A stretch of 64,000 bases of DNA from an uncultured bacterium (GCA_963727715.1 CAVSGX010000004.1:8455-72454); one strand, 5' to 3'; shown: positions 1 through 10,771, numbered from the stretch's first letter. A program made the numbers and translations. The notes: generated by a model not told the origin, from the sequence alone.

Positions 1-770
1 ATTGTTGGAGAATGTTGATGATGCTGTGGAGAAGAGACCGTTGAATCCGATGACTGTAGATGTGGAGTTGTAACCTGAATTAGAAGTGAATGGAAAGACT
101 TGACCTGACAGTGTTGAAGTGGAAATGGTTTGCACCAGTCCGTTTGATCCGAGGTAGTTAAATCCTTGTGAGAGATTGGAAAGGTAGAGATTGTTGGAGA
201 ATGTTGATGATGCTGTGGAGAAGAGACCGTTGAATCCGATGACTGTTGATGTGGAGTTGTAACCGGTGTTGACGGTGAATGGGAAAGCGAAAGATGATTT
301 GGAGTTGAGTATGGTTTGCAAATCATTTCCGTTCAGTGAGATTGTTCCGGCTAGGAGGTTAGTTGTGCTTGCTGTCAGGAAAGAAGAGTAAACAGTGGAT
401 GATGAGTAGTTAAAGTTCTGCAAGACTGTCCAGGTGTTGGTGTGATTTAGAGCAAGTCCCAAATCCGAAACTGAAGCTGAACCGTTGTATGATGTTCCTG
501 TCAAAGAAGTGTCGTGCGAGAGAGAGTAGAGACTTCCACCAAGTGAGACACCAGAGATGGTGGAGTTGGCTAGAGCGGAGTTAGGTAGATTCAAAGATGA
601 AGTGGCAATAGTCTGAACTAAACCATTTGAACCGAGGTAGCTAAAGCCTTGGGTAAGATTGGAGAGGTAGAGATTGTTGGAGAATGTTGATGATGCTGTG
701 GAGAAGAGACCGTTGAATCCGATGACGGTTGAGGTTGAGTTGTAACCGGTGTTGACGGTGAATGGGAATG
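1..770 (-). repeat. Intragenic nucleotide repeats of the surface protein, with copies starting at 1, 190 and 673
   Basis: attgttggagaatgttgatgatgctgtggagaagagaccgttgaatccgatgac recurs almost identically at 1, 190 and 673, with similar flanks (..gtggagttgtaacc..). Confidence 0.8.
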
Positions 771-2654
771 AAAAATTTTGATAGTCCGTGCCAAGTATGG
801 CCGGAATAACTGAACCGTTGGCATTTGTTTTGAGCAGAGAAGAAGTGATGTTGGTGATGGCTAGGTTTGTGGTGGTGGAATTATTCGCTGACAAATTTGT
901 GATGAAAGCATTTGTTGTTGTGGAATTGTTGACCGACAAATTCACGCTAAACAAATTTGTTGTGGTCGCGGTTGTGCCGGAAGCGGTTTGAAAATTAAGA
1001 TTTTGCACAGTTGTGGAACCTGTCACCAAAAGATCAGCCAGTGTAGTTGACCCAGTCACAGCAAAATTACCGCCGATTGTCTGACCGCTGGTAACAAGAG
1101 AACCAACAGTTAAAGATCCACTAACATTTGCATTGCCAACAACATCAAGCGCGTCTTGCGGTGTGGTTGTGCCAATACCGACATTGCCACCAAATGTTGC
1201 TCCACCACTAAATGTTCCAGAACTGGCGGAAAGGGTTACGACCGACAAGGAATTCGTGTCAATGCTTATCATGTCCTTTATCGAACCCCCGTTTATCGTC
1301 GGCGTATTGATTTGTGTACCAGTCAGCTGATCAATCCGTTGGGTGCCAGCAATTTCATTGTAGATATTGTTTACACTGCCACCACTGCCAGTGGATAATT
1401 GGGCGAACTGAGATGTGATTTTGTTTTCTAGTTCTTGCAGGCGTAAATTTAATTCATCACTTGATATGCCAACCACTGTTGGCTGTGAAATTTTTTCAAT
1501 AATGGTTGTGACTACTTGCTTTGATTGATTCGTTGATTTGGCAAAATTATTTTTCAAAACAATTGGTGTTTGAGATATTTGAGCAATAAACGGAGATTTG
1601 TTTGGTATGACAATGGTTGTAATCTTTGAATTAAATAATTCGGCCAGTGGATTATATATGCCAGAATAGAAAAGATTATTAAAATAATCATAAACATACA
1701 CTCCGGTCCGATCTACCGAGGTAAGAGCTTTGTGTTGTGTGGTTGGAGAAAATACATTGGCGGTCAATTCCTCGGTGCCATTAACCACATTTTTTGTTTC
1801 TGTATTGACAAATGACAATGTGCCGACAGAATTGGAAACAAAAGAAAAAGTTTTAAAATAGGCTAGACTCAACTGACTGCCGGAAAAAGATAAGCTGTTG
1901 TCAACTAAACTTCTTTCAGTTTTAGAAAAACCGATTATGTTATTGACAACATAGAGAGGAGGATTTTTAACAAAAATTTTAGCCCCATCGGTTAACGCTG
2001 AGCTAGAGTTTATAATAAAATCTCCGGCAAAAATAAGATTTTTTGATAATTTGTCAGAGTAAAAATTTGTCAGACCATTTAGACTTCTGTACAAAATAAA
2101 AGGCGAATCTGAAATATCCTTTGAAATTTCCGGATAATTTGCCAATAGATTACTTGATGCTTTTGAAACAACTCTGGCTACAGAGTTAGATATCTTGGAT
2201 GCATCGGAAGCAAGATTTGCAATTTGATTTTTTGTGGAAAAAGCCCCAATTATCAAAACCAAAAACAAAAAAGCGGTGATGATTTTGTTTGAAAGATTTA
2301 GATTGTAGGAGAATATTCTATTGTGAGATCTCTTGACATATTTTGGTAATCCAGATTTCCCGAATGAAGGTAAAACGGGTATGCTGGGTAATTTCTCAAT
2401 TATTTTCTTTTGGTAAGATACCGCTTTCCTGGGTTTTTTGGGAAGAATTTGCAATTCGGACAAGGATTCTGCGCCAAAATTTTTATAATTGATGATAGAT
2501 TCCTTGTTCACATACCATGTGTGACCAATCTTCTTAGCATCAATTTTATCTGACCTGCAAAGTTGCCCAATGTAGTCACTTGTGTACGAAGTGATTAGGG
2601 CTGCATCTTTTGCAGAAATGTATTTTTTATTTTCAAAAAATAATTCAGAACTCA
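1..2654 (-). CDS. Large repeat-rich envelope/surface protein, C-terminal part outside the window. It has an N-terminal MerR/excisionase-like HTH, one TM helix, then Ser/Thr/Asn/Gly-rich repeats.
   Basis: Hand-checked: triplets phased from position 1 show no minus-strand stop (tta/cta/tca) until tca at 2644-2646, giving 881 open codons. Translation starts ..ENKKYISAKDAALITSYTSDYIGQLCRSDKIDAKKIGHTWYV (HTH-like). It continues with IITAFLFLVLIIGAF (TM) and repeats such as FPFTVNTGYNSTSTVIGFNGLFSTASSTFSNNLYLSNL. The nearest ATG (2652-2654) is one frame off (see findings). The ORF is missing from the track because it runs off the window. Confidence 0.6.
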
Positions 2655-3173
2655 TCCACTAAATTATACAATTTTTTATCATCCGAGAATACAAAAAACT
2701 GTGGATAAATAAAGATATATCGGATAATCTCGGCAAAACGAGTTTATCAATTTTTTTATCAAATTTTATCTAAAATTTTTCCAAATTTTAACCTATTTTA
2801 CGAACCGACAAAAAGAGCCCTTTGGATCAACCTAAAATGATATTCTCGGATCTTCTCGGCATTCTAAATGACCCAAACCTTGTCAAGTTTTAGTCAAAAT
2901 TCTAATAGATTTATCAAATAAAGACATTTTTGTGGTCAAAAACCCTATAAACACTTGTTGATATTTGCCAATTGATATATAATTAATATGTAAAGGTTAT
3001 TTTGAGATGAAAAATGTCTGAATTATTTTTCAATTAACAAATAAAAAACTTTAAAAATGTTTTTAATCTAATTTTTACAGAGTTGTTAGATAAGAACATT
3101 TGTATTCTTTCTTATTATTTAATATCATGTATAATATAGTTTAGTAAGGTTTATAAATGTTAACAAATAGAAT

Positions 3174-3419
3174 ATGGCTAATTTATATATTACAATTAAA
3201 CAAGCTTCAAAAATTTTAGGTGTGTCAGCTATTACTCTTCGCAATTGGGATAAAAACGGTAAACTCAAGGCCCACCGCCACCCAATGAACAACTATAGGG
3301 TCTATAAGATTGAGGATCTAGAGAAGGTTATACAGGAAATTGAGACTAATGCCGGTTTGCGTAAAAGCACTAAACAACAAATCCATAAACTTATTGTCAA
3401 ACACCTGGAAGAAGAATGA
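3174..3419 (+). CDS. Small MerR/excisionase-type HTH DNA-binding protein
   Basis: 81 aa. ITIKQASKILGVSAITLRNWDKNGKLKAHRHP..YRVYKIEDL matches the helix-turn-helix pattern of MerR/Xis-like binders. It resembles the N-terminus of the divergent giant protein. Confidence 0.7.
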   Translation: MANLYITIKQASKILGVSAITLRNWDKNGKLKAHRHPMNNYRVYKIEDLEKVIQEIETNAGLRKSTKQQIHKLIVKHLEEE

Positions 3420-3445
3420 TGAATAACTGAGCCAACACATACAAA

Positions 3446-3470
3446 AAATACCGCCTAGGCGGTATTTTTT
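3446..3470. terminator. Bidirectional intrinsic terminator between the HTH gene and gatB
   Basis: aaaaaataccgcc tag gcggtatttttt: a perfect stem flanked by an A-run and a T-run. Confidence 0.7.
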
Positions 3471-3485
3471 GTTTTGTCATTTGTC

Positions 3486-4910
3486 TTACTTATTCAATAT
3501 TTCCAAGATGATCTTTTTCAAAATCTCCGGGTTAGCGCTACCTTTGCTTGCTTTCATCCCCTGCCCCACAAAAAACTGCAGAACCGATTCTTTACCGGAT
3601 TTATAATCGGCAACCACTTTTGGGTTTTCTAAAATTATTTCTTTTATTATTTTATTTAATTCTTCTGAATCATTTTTCTGAATTAAATTTTTCTCTTTGA
3701 CAATTTGTTCTGGCTTCCCACCAGATTCAAACATCATTTTCAAAATATCTTTGACCCCGCGAGAAGAAATATTTCCTTTCTTTTGCATTAAAATAAGTTG
3801 TTTAAAAGTAGTCGGAGTCACTTTACCGAAATCAAAATTACTTTCTCCAAAAGATTTTGAAAGACCCAATAAGTCGGATGTAATGTAGTTTGAAAAAGTT
3901 TGTAAAATATTTTTATCGGATATTCCTGTGGTTGCCTCTTCAAAAAACGTCGCTACTTTCGGGTTGTTGATGTAGACTTCCACATCTTCTTTTTTCAACC
4001 CTAAATCAGTCTCAAATCTTTTTCTTTTTTGCCATGGCAGTTCCGGCAATTCAGCTTTTAATTTTGCAATAGAAAATTCCGGTATTTCTGAAATGATTAA
4101 TTTTGGCAGATCCGGTTCCGGAAAATATCTGTAATCATGAGCAGATTCTTTTGATCGTTGGGAAAAAGTAATGCCTTTATTTTCATCAAAACCGCGAGTT
4201 TCTTGAACGACTTTTTCTCCCCTCTGAAGAAGAGATTTCTGTCTTTCAAATTCATATTCCACAGCCCGGCCTGCAGACCTAAAAGAGTTTATATTTTTAA
4301 CCTCTACTTTTGTGCCGAAAATATCAGAGTTTGAAATGGAAATATTTACTTCCACTCGCATTTCACCTTTTTCCATATTGGCGTCGGAAACTTGTAGGTA
4401 CTGTAGAAGCAATTGTAATTCTTGAGCAAACTTCATCACCTCTTCGGCTGAATGAATAACCGGTTCAGTTACCAGTTCTAGGAGTGGCACGCCGGCTCTG
4501 TTGTAGTCTACCAAACTGATATCCTTTGTATCGTGACTGGACCTGGCTGTATCTTCTTCAAGGTGGACGCGAGTCAACTTCACCCCGCATAGTCCCCCAC
4601 CGGAAACCAAAGGATATTTATACTGGCTGATTTGATAGCCTTTCGGTATATCCGGATAAAAATAATTCTTGCGATCAAACTCGGTAAAATCAGCCAAGTC
4701 GCTGCCGAGAGCTACGCCAACAAGCAAAACTTTTTTGACCGCCGATTTATTTATAACCGGCAAGGTGCCGGGATAACCCATACATATCGGACAAATATTT
4801 ATATTAGGTTCTTTCTCGTCCGGCACATTCAGACAACCACAAAACATCTTGGTTTTTGTCTTCAGTTCGGCGTGAATTTCCAGCCCAATAGTTATTTTGT
4901 AATCCTCCAT
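3486..4910 (-). CDS. gatB: Asp-tRNA(Asn)/Glu-tRNA(Gln) amidotransferase subunit B
   Basis: 474 aa. N-terminus YKITIGLEIHAELKTKTKMFCGC, then VDYNRAGVPLLELVTEP and a YqeY-like C-terminal tail, typical of GatB. Confidence 0.95.
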   Translation of the reverse strand: MEDYKITIGLEIHAELKTKTKMFCGCLNVPDEKEPNINICPICMGYPGTLPVINKSAVKKVLLVGVALGSDLADFTEFDRKNYFYPDIPKGYQISQYKYPLVSGGGLCGVKLTRVHLEEDTARSSHDTKDISLVDYNRAGVPLLELVTEPVIHSAEEVMKFAQELQLLLQYLQVSDANMEKGEMRVEVNISISNSDIFGTKVEVKNINSFRSAGRAVEYEFERQKSLLQRGEKVVQETRGFDENKGITFSQRSKESAHDYRYFPEPDLPKLIISEIPEFSIAKLKAELPELPWQKRKRFETDLGLKKEDVEVYINNPKVATFFEEATTGISDKNILQTFSNYITSDLLGLSKSFGESNFDFGKVTPTTFKQLILMQKKGNISSRGVKDILKMMFESGGKPEQIVKEKNLIQKNDSEELNKIIKEIILENPKVVADYKSGKESVLQFFVGQGMKASKGSANPEILKKIILEILNK

Positions 4911-4921
4911 ATGGAGTTATA

Positions 4922-5890
4922 TTACATTTTTTTCAAAATTTTTACCAGGTTTTCAGAAAGTTCTTTGACTGATTTATCGTCCAAAATAGAGACACCAAGA
5001 ACCGTCTTTTTTTGTTTTTCAAAAAGTTTCTGTCTAGCTTTAAGAGTCTTTTCGTCTATCAGATCTGTTTTGGTCAATAAAATGACCTCTGGTTTGTTCA
5101 AAAGCTCTTTATCATAAGCGTTTAATTCATCCTTTATCGTTTTATAAGCCGTTAAGGAGTCGTCAAATCCGCATGAAATGCAGTGTAGGAGCATCTTAGT
5201 GCGCGAAATATGTCTTAAAAACTTGTGGCCAAGCCCCTTTCCTTCCCCAGCACCTTCAATTAGACCCGGGATATCAGCAATAATATACCCATAAAGATTA
5301 CCGAGGTTTGGTGTGAGTGTGGTAAATTGATAACTGCCAACTTTGGCATTGGCATTTGTAATTGAATTGAGTAAACTGGACTTACCAGCATTTGGAAACC
5401 CTACTAAACCTATATCAACAATCATTTTTAACTCAATAAAGAATTGACCACTTTGACCATCTTTACCAAGGGTTCTTTCTTTAGGATTGATATTTTTTGA
5501 GCCCTTGAAATGAGCATTACCGTAACCACCATTGCCACCTTTCAAAAAGAATATTGGTTTTTCTGTCAACACCTCAATCTCGTCACCCATTTCGGTATTC
5601 TTTAAAACACTACCAAGCGGTAATTCCAGTATTAAATCATTCCCTGCCGCTCCATGCATACAATCACTTTTGCCGTTTTCACCATTTTCGGCCTTAAAAT
5701 CCTTTATGAAGCGATAGGCTGAGAGACGAGCAATATCTTGAACGCCCTTCAAATAAACATCACCGCCACGACCACCATCACCTCCACCCGGCCCGGCGTG
5801 ATCAATACCTTTGGTGTGCATCCAAGACACTACGCCGTCGCCACCGCGACCGGCAGATATATTAAGAGTTATCTCATCAATAAAAGCCAT
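4922..5890 (-). CDS. obg: GTPase Obg/CgtA
   Basis: FIDEITLNISAGRGGDGVVSW...GGGDGGRGGDVYL glycine-rich Obg fold, plus G-domain motifs GFPNAGKSSL and DIPGLIEGA. Confidence 0.95.
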   Translation of the reverse strand: MAFIDEITLNISAGRGGDGVVSWMHTKGIDHAGPGGGDGGRGGDVYLKGVQDIARLSAYRFIKDFKAENGENGKSDCMHGAAGNDLILELPLGSVLKNTEMGDEIEVLTEKPIFFLKGGNGGYGNAHFKGSKNINPKERTLGKDGQSGQFFIELKMIVDIGLVGFPNAGKSSLLNSITNANAKVGSYQFTTLTPNLGNLYGYIIADIPGLIEGAGEGKGLGHKFLRHISRTKMLLHCISCGFDDSLTAYKTIKDELNAYDKELLNKPEVILLTKTDLIDEKTLKARQKLFEKQKKTVLGVSILDDKSVKELSENLVKILKKM

Positions 5891-5916
5891 GGAAACACTC
5901 TAACAGAAAAACAGAC

Positions 5917-5941
5917 AAAAAGAAAACTCTTTTTAAGAGTT
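5917..5941 (-). terminator. Intrinsic terminator after the DsbB-like gene
   Basis: Stem aactctt/aagagtt (5925-5941), followed on the minus strand by a T-run (plus-strand aaaaagaaa, 5917-5924). Confidence 0.5.
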
Positions 5942-5966
5942 CATGGATTTTAAAAACGAAATAGAA

Positions 5967-6518
5967 TTAGTGACTGGTTTTTTTATCGTGTTTGTAATAA
6001 ATAAATTTCAGTGCAATTATATAAGCGAAAACAGTAAACGACATAAACGGTATGGTAATGTATGAATATTCCAAAACAAATACCTTGGCACAGGCGCTAC
6101 CTACCGCGGTGCAAGCGAAAAGCGAACCGCCAAAACCCCACTGGACAATTGATTGGTAGAGAGAAATAATCGCTCCGAGAATGGAGAGTGGTACAAGATA
6201 GTCAATTATCCCTTTATCTTTACGACGCATTGCCACAAAAAGTATGATGGCTTGAGGATACATAAAAATGCGTTGCCACCAGCAAAGATCACATGGCGGG
6301 AAGCCGATAATATTTGAATAAACTAAAGAGCCGACAACAGCAGATAACACAGCCCAAAAAAGAAGTTCCAAAATATATTTGTGAACGAAAGCCGAAAGAC
6401 GCACTCGTGTGCCGGCGTGAACAAGCATAGCGATCAAAACTCCGACAAAAATAATGTTTGAAAGTAAAGTTAAAAATCCGATAATCGGCGTGGCGTTTGT
6501 TTGGATAAATGTAATCAT
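5967..6518 (-). CDS. Disulfide bond formation protein B-like (DsbB/BdbC family) membrane protein
   Basis: 183 aa, multi-TM, with PPCDLCWWQRIFMYP (CxxC followed by the WQR motif). Confidence 0.8.
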   Translation of the reverse strand: MITFIQTNATPIIGFLTLLSNIIFVGVLIAMLVHAGTRVRLSAFVHKYILELLFWAVLSAVVGSLVYSNIIGFPPCDLCWWQRIFMYPQAIILFVAMRRKDKGIIDYLVPLSILGAIISLYQSIVQWGFGGSLFACTAVGSACAKVFVLEYSYITIPFMSFTVFAYIIALKFIYYKHDKKTSH

Positions 6519-6522
6519 ATTT

Positions 6523-6900
6523 TTATTGTGGCAATGGACACCCTGTTTTTTGAGTAAGATCGGAAAGTTGTTCTACACCTGGTGTTGTGCTGGTTGAGTT
6601 TGGAAATTGCCAAGTTGGGTATTCAACAATTCCTTTGTCCTTGCAAGCTTGGGTCTGACTCTGACCATCTGGAGTAGAACATTCTACGTAAGGAAGCAGG
6701 TGTACAGATGAACCAAACATAGCTTTCTGTTCCTGACAGTGTGGACACCAGAAAGCACCGTAAAAAACCGCCCCACTGTTTTTAATACAAGTGGCAAAGC
6801 TGTCATATTTCCCAACCGTCACCCTCGGCGGAGCAACAATAATATAGACAACACCAACCAAAACAACCAAACCAATTAAAATATAAAGAATTTTTTTCAT
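6523..6900 (-). CDS. Membrane-anchored thioredoxin-fold thiol-disulfide oxidoreductase
   Basis: N-terminal TM helix and FYGAFWCPHCQEQK (CPHC active site). Lies adjacent to the DsbB-like gene. Confidence 0.8.
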   Translation of the reverse strand: MKKILYILIGLVVLVGVVYIIVAPPRVTVGKYDSFATCIKNSGAVFYGAFWCPHCQEQKAMFGSSVHLLPYVECSTPDGQSQTQACKDKGIVEYPTWQFPNSTSTTPGVEQLSDLTQKTGCPLPQ

Positions 6901-6960
6901 ATAAATATATTATAATAACGTGCCATTTATAGTAGCACACCTAAAAATTATTTCCATTAT

Positions 6961-7599
6961 TTAAATGAGATTCCATTCTAAAATTAGACTGGTTTTTCTG
7001 CTGGACTCGGCTACCAAGTCTATTGAATCTACGGTGAACTTCTCCACACTAAGCATAAAAGATATTTTATCTATTATTTGGCCCATAGAGTTTTTCTTGT
7101 CCGGCAGAAAACCCAGAGTGATGTGGGGTTTGAAATCGGTTACATACGGATTGCCGTATTTTTTCAAACTTTCCACCTGCTTTTGATTAAGCTGAGAAAT
7201 TCTTTTTTCATAATCTGGATCAAGACGATCCCCTTTAAAAGGCTCTACGGCAGCCAAAATTTTCTTCTGCAACCTGTCCAAATCAGGATTGTTTTTTATT
7301 TCCACATATAAAAGCCCAAAAGAGAAAGATTTCATTTCGGAAATCTGACATTCAATTTTTGGCTGGCTAACTAAAATTTCGTCTAGAGCGATTTTGATTT
7401 TCTCCACATTGCCGGTCGGCACCGAAAGATCATAGAAATTAAGATGGGGTTTCAGATGGTCGGAGTAAGCCATGCCGGCCGACAGTTCACGAACTAGATA
7501 GTTGTTTATTTTCTTCAAATCAAAAAACAAAGCTGAATTTTCTTTAATCACAGCCGACACGCCAAGCCATTTGTAATTCGGGTCTATTTCATTTTTCAT
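6961..7599 (-). CDS. 2H-phosphoesterase / 2'-5' RNA ligase-like protein (tentative)
   Basis: Two H-x-[T/N]-x motifs (KPHLNFY and KPHITLGF) spaced as in LigT-like proteins. The first motif is degenerate. Confidence 0.4.
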   Translation of the reverse strand: MKNEIDPNYKWLGVSAVIKENSALFFDLKKINNYLVRELSAGMAYSDHLKPHLNFYDLSVPTGNVEKIKIALDEILVSQPKIECQISEMKSFSFGLLYVEIKNNPDLDRLQKKILAAVEPFKGDRLDPDYEKRISQLNQKQVESLKKYGNPYVTDFKPHITLGFLPDKKNSMGQIIDKISFMLSVEKFTVDSIDLVAESSRKTSLILEWNLI

Positions 7600-7605
7600 T
7601 TTGAA

Positions 7606-8277
7606 TCATTTTATGATTTCTATAATTTTATGACCTTTATGATAACCACCATTTTTGTCACCATCCAGTGTGTTGAAAATTTCAAACGGAGTCAAACCAA
7701 CAGACGGTTCTTCTTTTTTATTTTTATCGTCGTCGTGAAATAAAATTTCGTCAGACAATGGATATAATTTGTAGTCATATCTTGTTTTTTTAATTCTTAA
7801 TGTCTTTCCGTTATGAATCACAAAATAAATTGATCCGTTCTCTGTTCTGAAGACGTACAAAAATCTGTCCTTAACACCTATCAGCTTTTCAATGAATTTT
7901 TCGTATAACTTATGAGCATCTTCAAACATCTTGGCAGTTCCACTGAATTTATCCTCAATACGCTGTAAATCACTTTTAAAAACTTCAACCATTGACAACA
8001 ATTCCGATTCTTCCAAAAAATTTACTGCTTCAAATTTATTTCCTTCTTCAACTTCTTCCCAAAAATAATATGGCTCATCGGGCAGTTGGGAAGGCTCGTT
8101 AACATTATACTTTTCAAGAATTTTCCATCTGGAATCCCACCCCGGGCCAGGGCCTTTTTCCGGCGTGTGGTGCGAAAAAAACTGCCGTAAAGTATAGCCA
8201 CTAAAAACTTTGCGGTACTTTACACCATCAACAATTCTCTCCTCATTTCCTTGAATAAATTGTGGTTCTTTTTCCAT
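7606..8277 (-). CDS. Hypothetical protein
   Basis: The ORF track gives 7606..8382 from a TTG that overlaps secA. The ATG at 8277 (MEKEPQF..) sits just after the secA stop (8279-8281). No recognisable motifs. Confidence 0.5.
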   Translation of the reverse strand: MEKEPQFIQGNEERIVDGVKYRKVFSGYTLRQFFSHHTPEKGPGPGWDSRWKILEKYNVNEPSQLPDEPYYFWEEVEEGNKFEAVNFLEESELLSMVEVFKSDLQRIEDKFSGTAKMFEDAHKLYEKFIEKLIGVKDRFLYVFRTENGSIYFVIHNGKTLRIKKTRYDYKLYPLSDEILFHDDDKNKKEEPSVGLTPFEIFNTLDGDKNGGYHKGHKIIEIIK

Positions 8278-8278
8278 A

Positions 8279-10771
8279 TTATTCCCCATGGCAATGTTTG
8301 AACTTTTTACCGCTTCCGCACCAACACTTGTCATTCCTGCCAATTTTTTTACCATCCGGCGTGTTGCGACGAGTATCAACAACTTTGACCTCGCCCTGCC
8401 CCGCTAGAGTGCCGACCGGACCGCCGGCGTCTCGCGCTTCGGAAAGCTTGATTGGCTCCTCCAATCTAATCTGCTGTTGCCCGATTTGTGGAATGAGTTT
8501 GATAATTTCCAGCCCAATCGAAAACTCCATATCTTTGAAAAGTTTTAATCCTTCGCGTTTGTATTCCACCAACGGATCACGCTGGCCGTAAGCTCGCAGA
8601 TTAACCGAGGAGCGCATATAGTCCATCATCTCCAAGTGATCAATCCAGAACATATCAATGGTCGAGAGAATCAGTCGGCGGATATTTTGCAAGTATTCCG
8701 ATGATGCGCTTTCCAAAAGTTTTTCAACCGGCGCTCTTTCTTCATCGCTGACTGTCAGCAAAATTTCGGCCAGATAATTTTTGACTTCTTCATCTCCCCC
8801 GCGCAGAATGGCGTTGCGCCGAGCATACATTATTTTGCGCTGGAAATTCAAAACATCATCAAATTCCAAAATGTGTTTGCGGGCATCAAAGTTGAAACCT
8901 TCAATGCGTTCCTGGGCATTTTCCAAAGAGCGGGTAATCATTTTATTTTCAACTGGCTGATCATCACGAAGCCCCAGTTTGCTCAAAAGACCTTTAAAGT
9001 TTTCCCCGCCGAAAATTCGCATCAGATTGTCTTCTAGCGAAACGAAAAATTGCGTCTCGCCCGGATCGCCTTGGCGACCGCTACGGCCTCGCAGTTGGTT
9101 GTCTATGCGACGAGCATCGTGTCGTTCCGTGCCGAGCACAAAAAGCCCGCCAAGAGATTTGACCTTTTGATAATCCTGTTGGTTGCCCGGGTTGCCACCG
9201 AGTTTAACATCCACGCCTCGACCAGCCATGTTAGTGGCAATGGTTACTGCACTTGGTCTGCCAGCTTGAGCGATAATTTCTCCTTCTCGAGTGTGATTTT
9301 TGGCGTTCAAAATCTCATGGGGCACTCCTTCGGTCTTAAGATATTCGGAAAGTGTTTCGTTTTTTTCAATGGAAACCGTGCCGATCAGAACAGGCTGGCC
9401 GAGTTTGTGTCTTTCTTTGACTTCTTTGGCGATAGCCTTGAATTTACCAGCCTCTGTCTGAAAAATCAGATCATTTTTGTCTAATCGAATTGATTTTTGA
9501 TTTGTTGGAATAACTACCACTTCCAAACCGTAAACTTTGTAAAACTCCTCGCTGGATGTGACCGCTGTGCCGGTCATACCCGACAGTTTTTTGTAAAGTC
9601 TGAAATAATTTTGGAACGTTATTGAAGCGAAAGTTCGAGATTCCTTTTGGATTTTGACCCCTTCTTTGGCTTCAATGGCCTGATGCAGACCTTCCGACCA
9701 CCTTCGGCCGGGCTGAAGACGCCCGGTGAATTCATCCACGATAATCACTTCATTATCCTTGACCACGTATTCCTTGTCTTTGTGAAAAAGGGCTTCTGCC
9801 CGGACCGCCGTCTCCAAATGATGAACAAATTTGACTCCTTTTTCGGTGTAAATATTTTCTATCCCCAGAAGTTCCTCGGATCGGCTGATACCACTGTCGG
9901 TTAGAGAAATTGCTTTAAACTTCTCGTCCACTGTGTAATGCTCGTCTTTTTGGAGCTTGCTGGCGATTTGGGCAAAACGAATATAAAGCTCGTCGGAATC
10001 TCCAGCCGGCGCGGAAATAATAAGCGGAGTGCGGGCTTCATCAATCAAAATGGAATCAATTTCATCAACAATGGCATAATTAAACTCTCTTTGGCGCAAA
10101 CGAGCGACATCTTGTTCAATATTGTCTCGCAAATAATCAAAACCGAATTCATTATTGGTGCCGTAAGTGATATCGGCTTCATAGGCCTCGCGCCTAGTAG
10201 CTGGCCGCAAGAATTCGTTCACCACTTTGAAAGAACCAAGTTCATCGCGTTCTTTATCAAGCTCTCTGTGAGTCGGATCGTATAAAAATGATTCCTCATG
10301 GTTGATGACACCAACAGAAACACCAAGAAAATCATAAATTTGCCCCATCCACGTGGCATCTCTTTTAGACAAATAATCATTGACCGTGACAATGTGCACG
10401 CCGGCGCCGGATAAAGAATTAAGATAGGCCGGCAACGTGGCCACCAGCGTTTTTCCTTCACCAGTGCGCATCTCGGCTATGTTACCCTGATGCAAAACTA
10501 TGCCTCCCAAAAGCTGGACATCGAAATGTCTCTGTCCCAAAGTGCGCACAGAGGCCTCACGGACAACAGAAAAAGCTTCCGGCAAAATATCATCAAGAGA
10601 TTGGCCATCCTTAATTTTAGCCTTAAATTCTAGGGTTTTGGCCCGAAGAGCCTCGTCGGGTAGCGATTTAATCCCCGGCTCAAGCTGGTTGATTTTCTCC
10701 ACGACAGGCTTCAAATCTTTCAGCATTTTGCCCGATCTGTCACCCCCTAATTTATTCAAAAATGACAACAC
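8279..10771 (-). CDS. secA: Preprotein translocase ATPase SecA
   Basis: 830 aa. MRTGEGKTLVATLP Walker A, DEIDSILIDEARTPLIIS, and the C-terminal zinc motif CWCGSGKKFKHCHG. GTG start. Confidence 0.97.
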   Translation of the reverse strand: MLSFLNKLGGDRSGKMLKDLKPVVEKINQLEPGIKSLPDEALRAKTLEFKAKIKDGQSLDDILPEAFSVVREASVRTLGQRHFDVQLLGGIVLHQGNIAEMRTGEGKTLVATLPAYLNSLSGAGVHIVTVNDYLSKRDATWMGQIYDFLGVSVGVINHEESFLYDPTHRELDKERDELGSFKVVNEFLRPATRREAYEADITYGTNNEFGFDYLRDNIEQDVARLRQREFNYAIVDEIDSILIDEARTPLIISAPAGDSDELYIRFAQIASKLQKDEHYTVDEKFKAISLTDSGISRSEELLGIENIYTEKGVKFVHHLETAVRAEALFHKDKEYVVKDNEVIIVDEFTGRLQPGRRWSEGLHQAIEAKEGVKIQKESRTFASITFQNYFRLYKKLSGMTGTAVTSSEEFYKVYGLEVVVIPTNQKSIRLDKNDLIFQTEAGKFKAIAKEVKERHKLGQPVLIGTVSIEKNETLSEYLKTEGVPHEILNAKNHTREGEIIAQAGRPSAVTIATNMAGRGVDVKLGGNPGNQQDYQKVKSLGGLFVLGTERHDARRIDNQLRGRSGRQGDPGETQFFVSLEDNLMRIFGGENFKGLLSKLGLRDDQPVENKMITRSLENAQERIEGFNFDARKHILEFDDVLNFQRKIMYARRNAILRGGDEEVKNYLAEILLTVSDEERAPVEKLLESASSEYLQNIRRLILSTIDMFWIDHLEMMDYMRSSVNLRAYGQRDPLVEYKREGLKLFKDMEFSIGLEIIKLIPQIGQQQIRLEEPIKLSEARDAGGPVGTLAGQGEVKVVDTRRNTPDGKKIGRNDKCWCGSGKKFKHCHGE

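Noticed and set aside
3697-10461. Antisense ORFs within gatB, obg and secA (for example 3697..3888, 4632..5117, 5532..5717, 8262..8591, 9050..9484, 9938..10285)
   Set aside because: They lie fully inside well-supported conserved genes on the opposite strand and have low-complexity translations.
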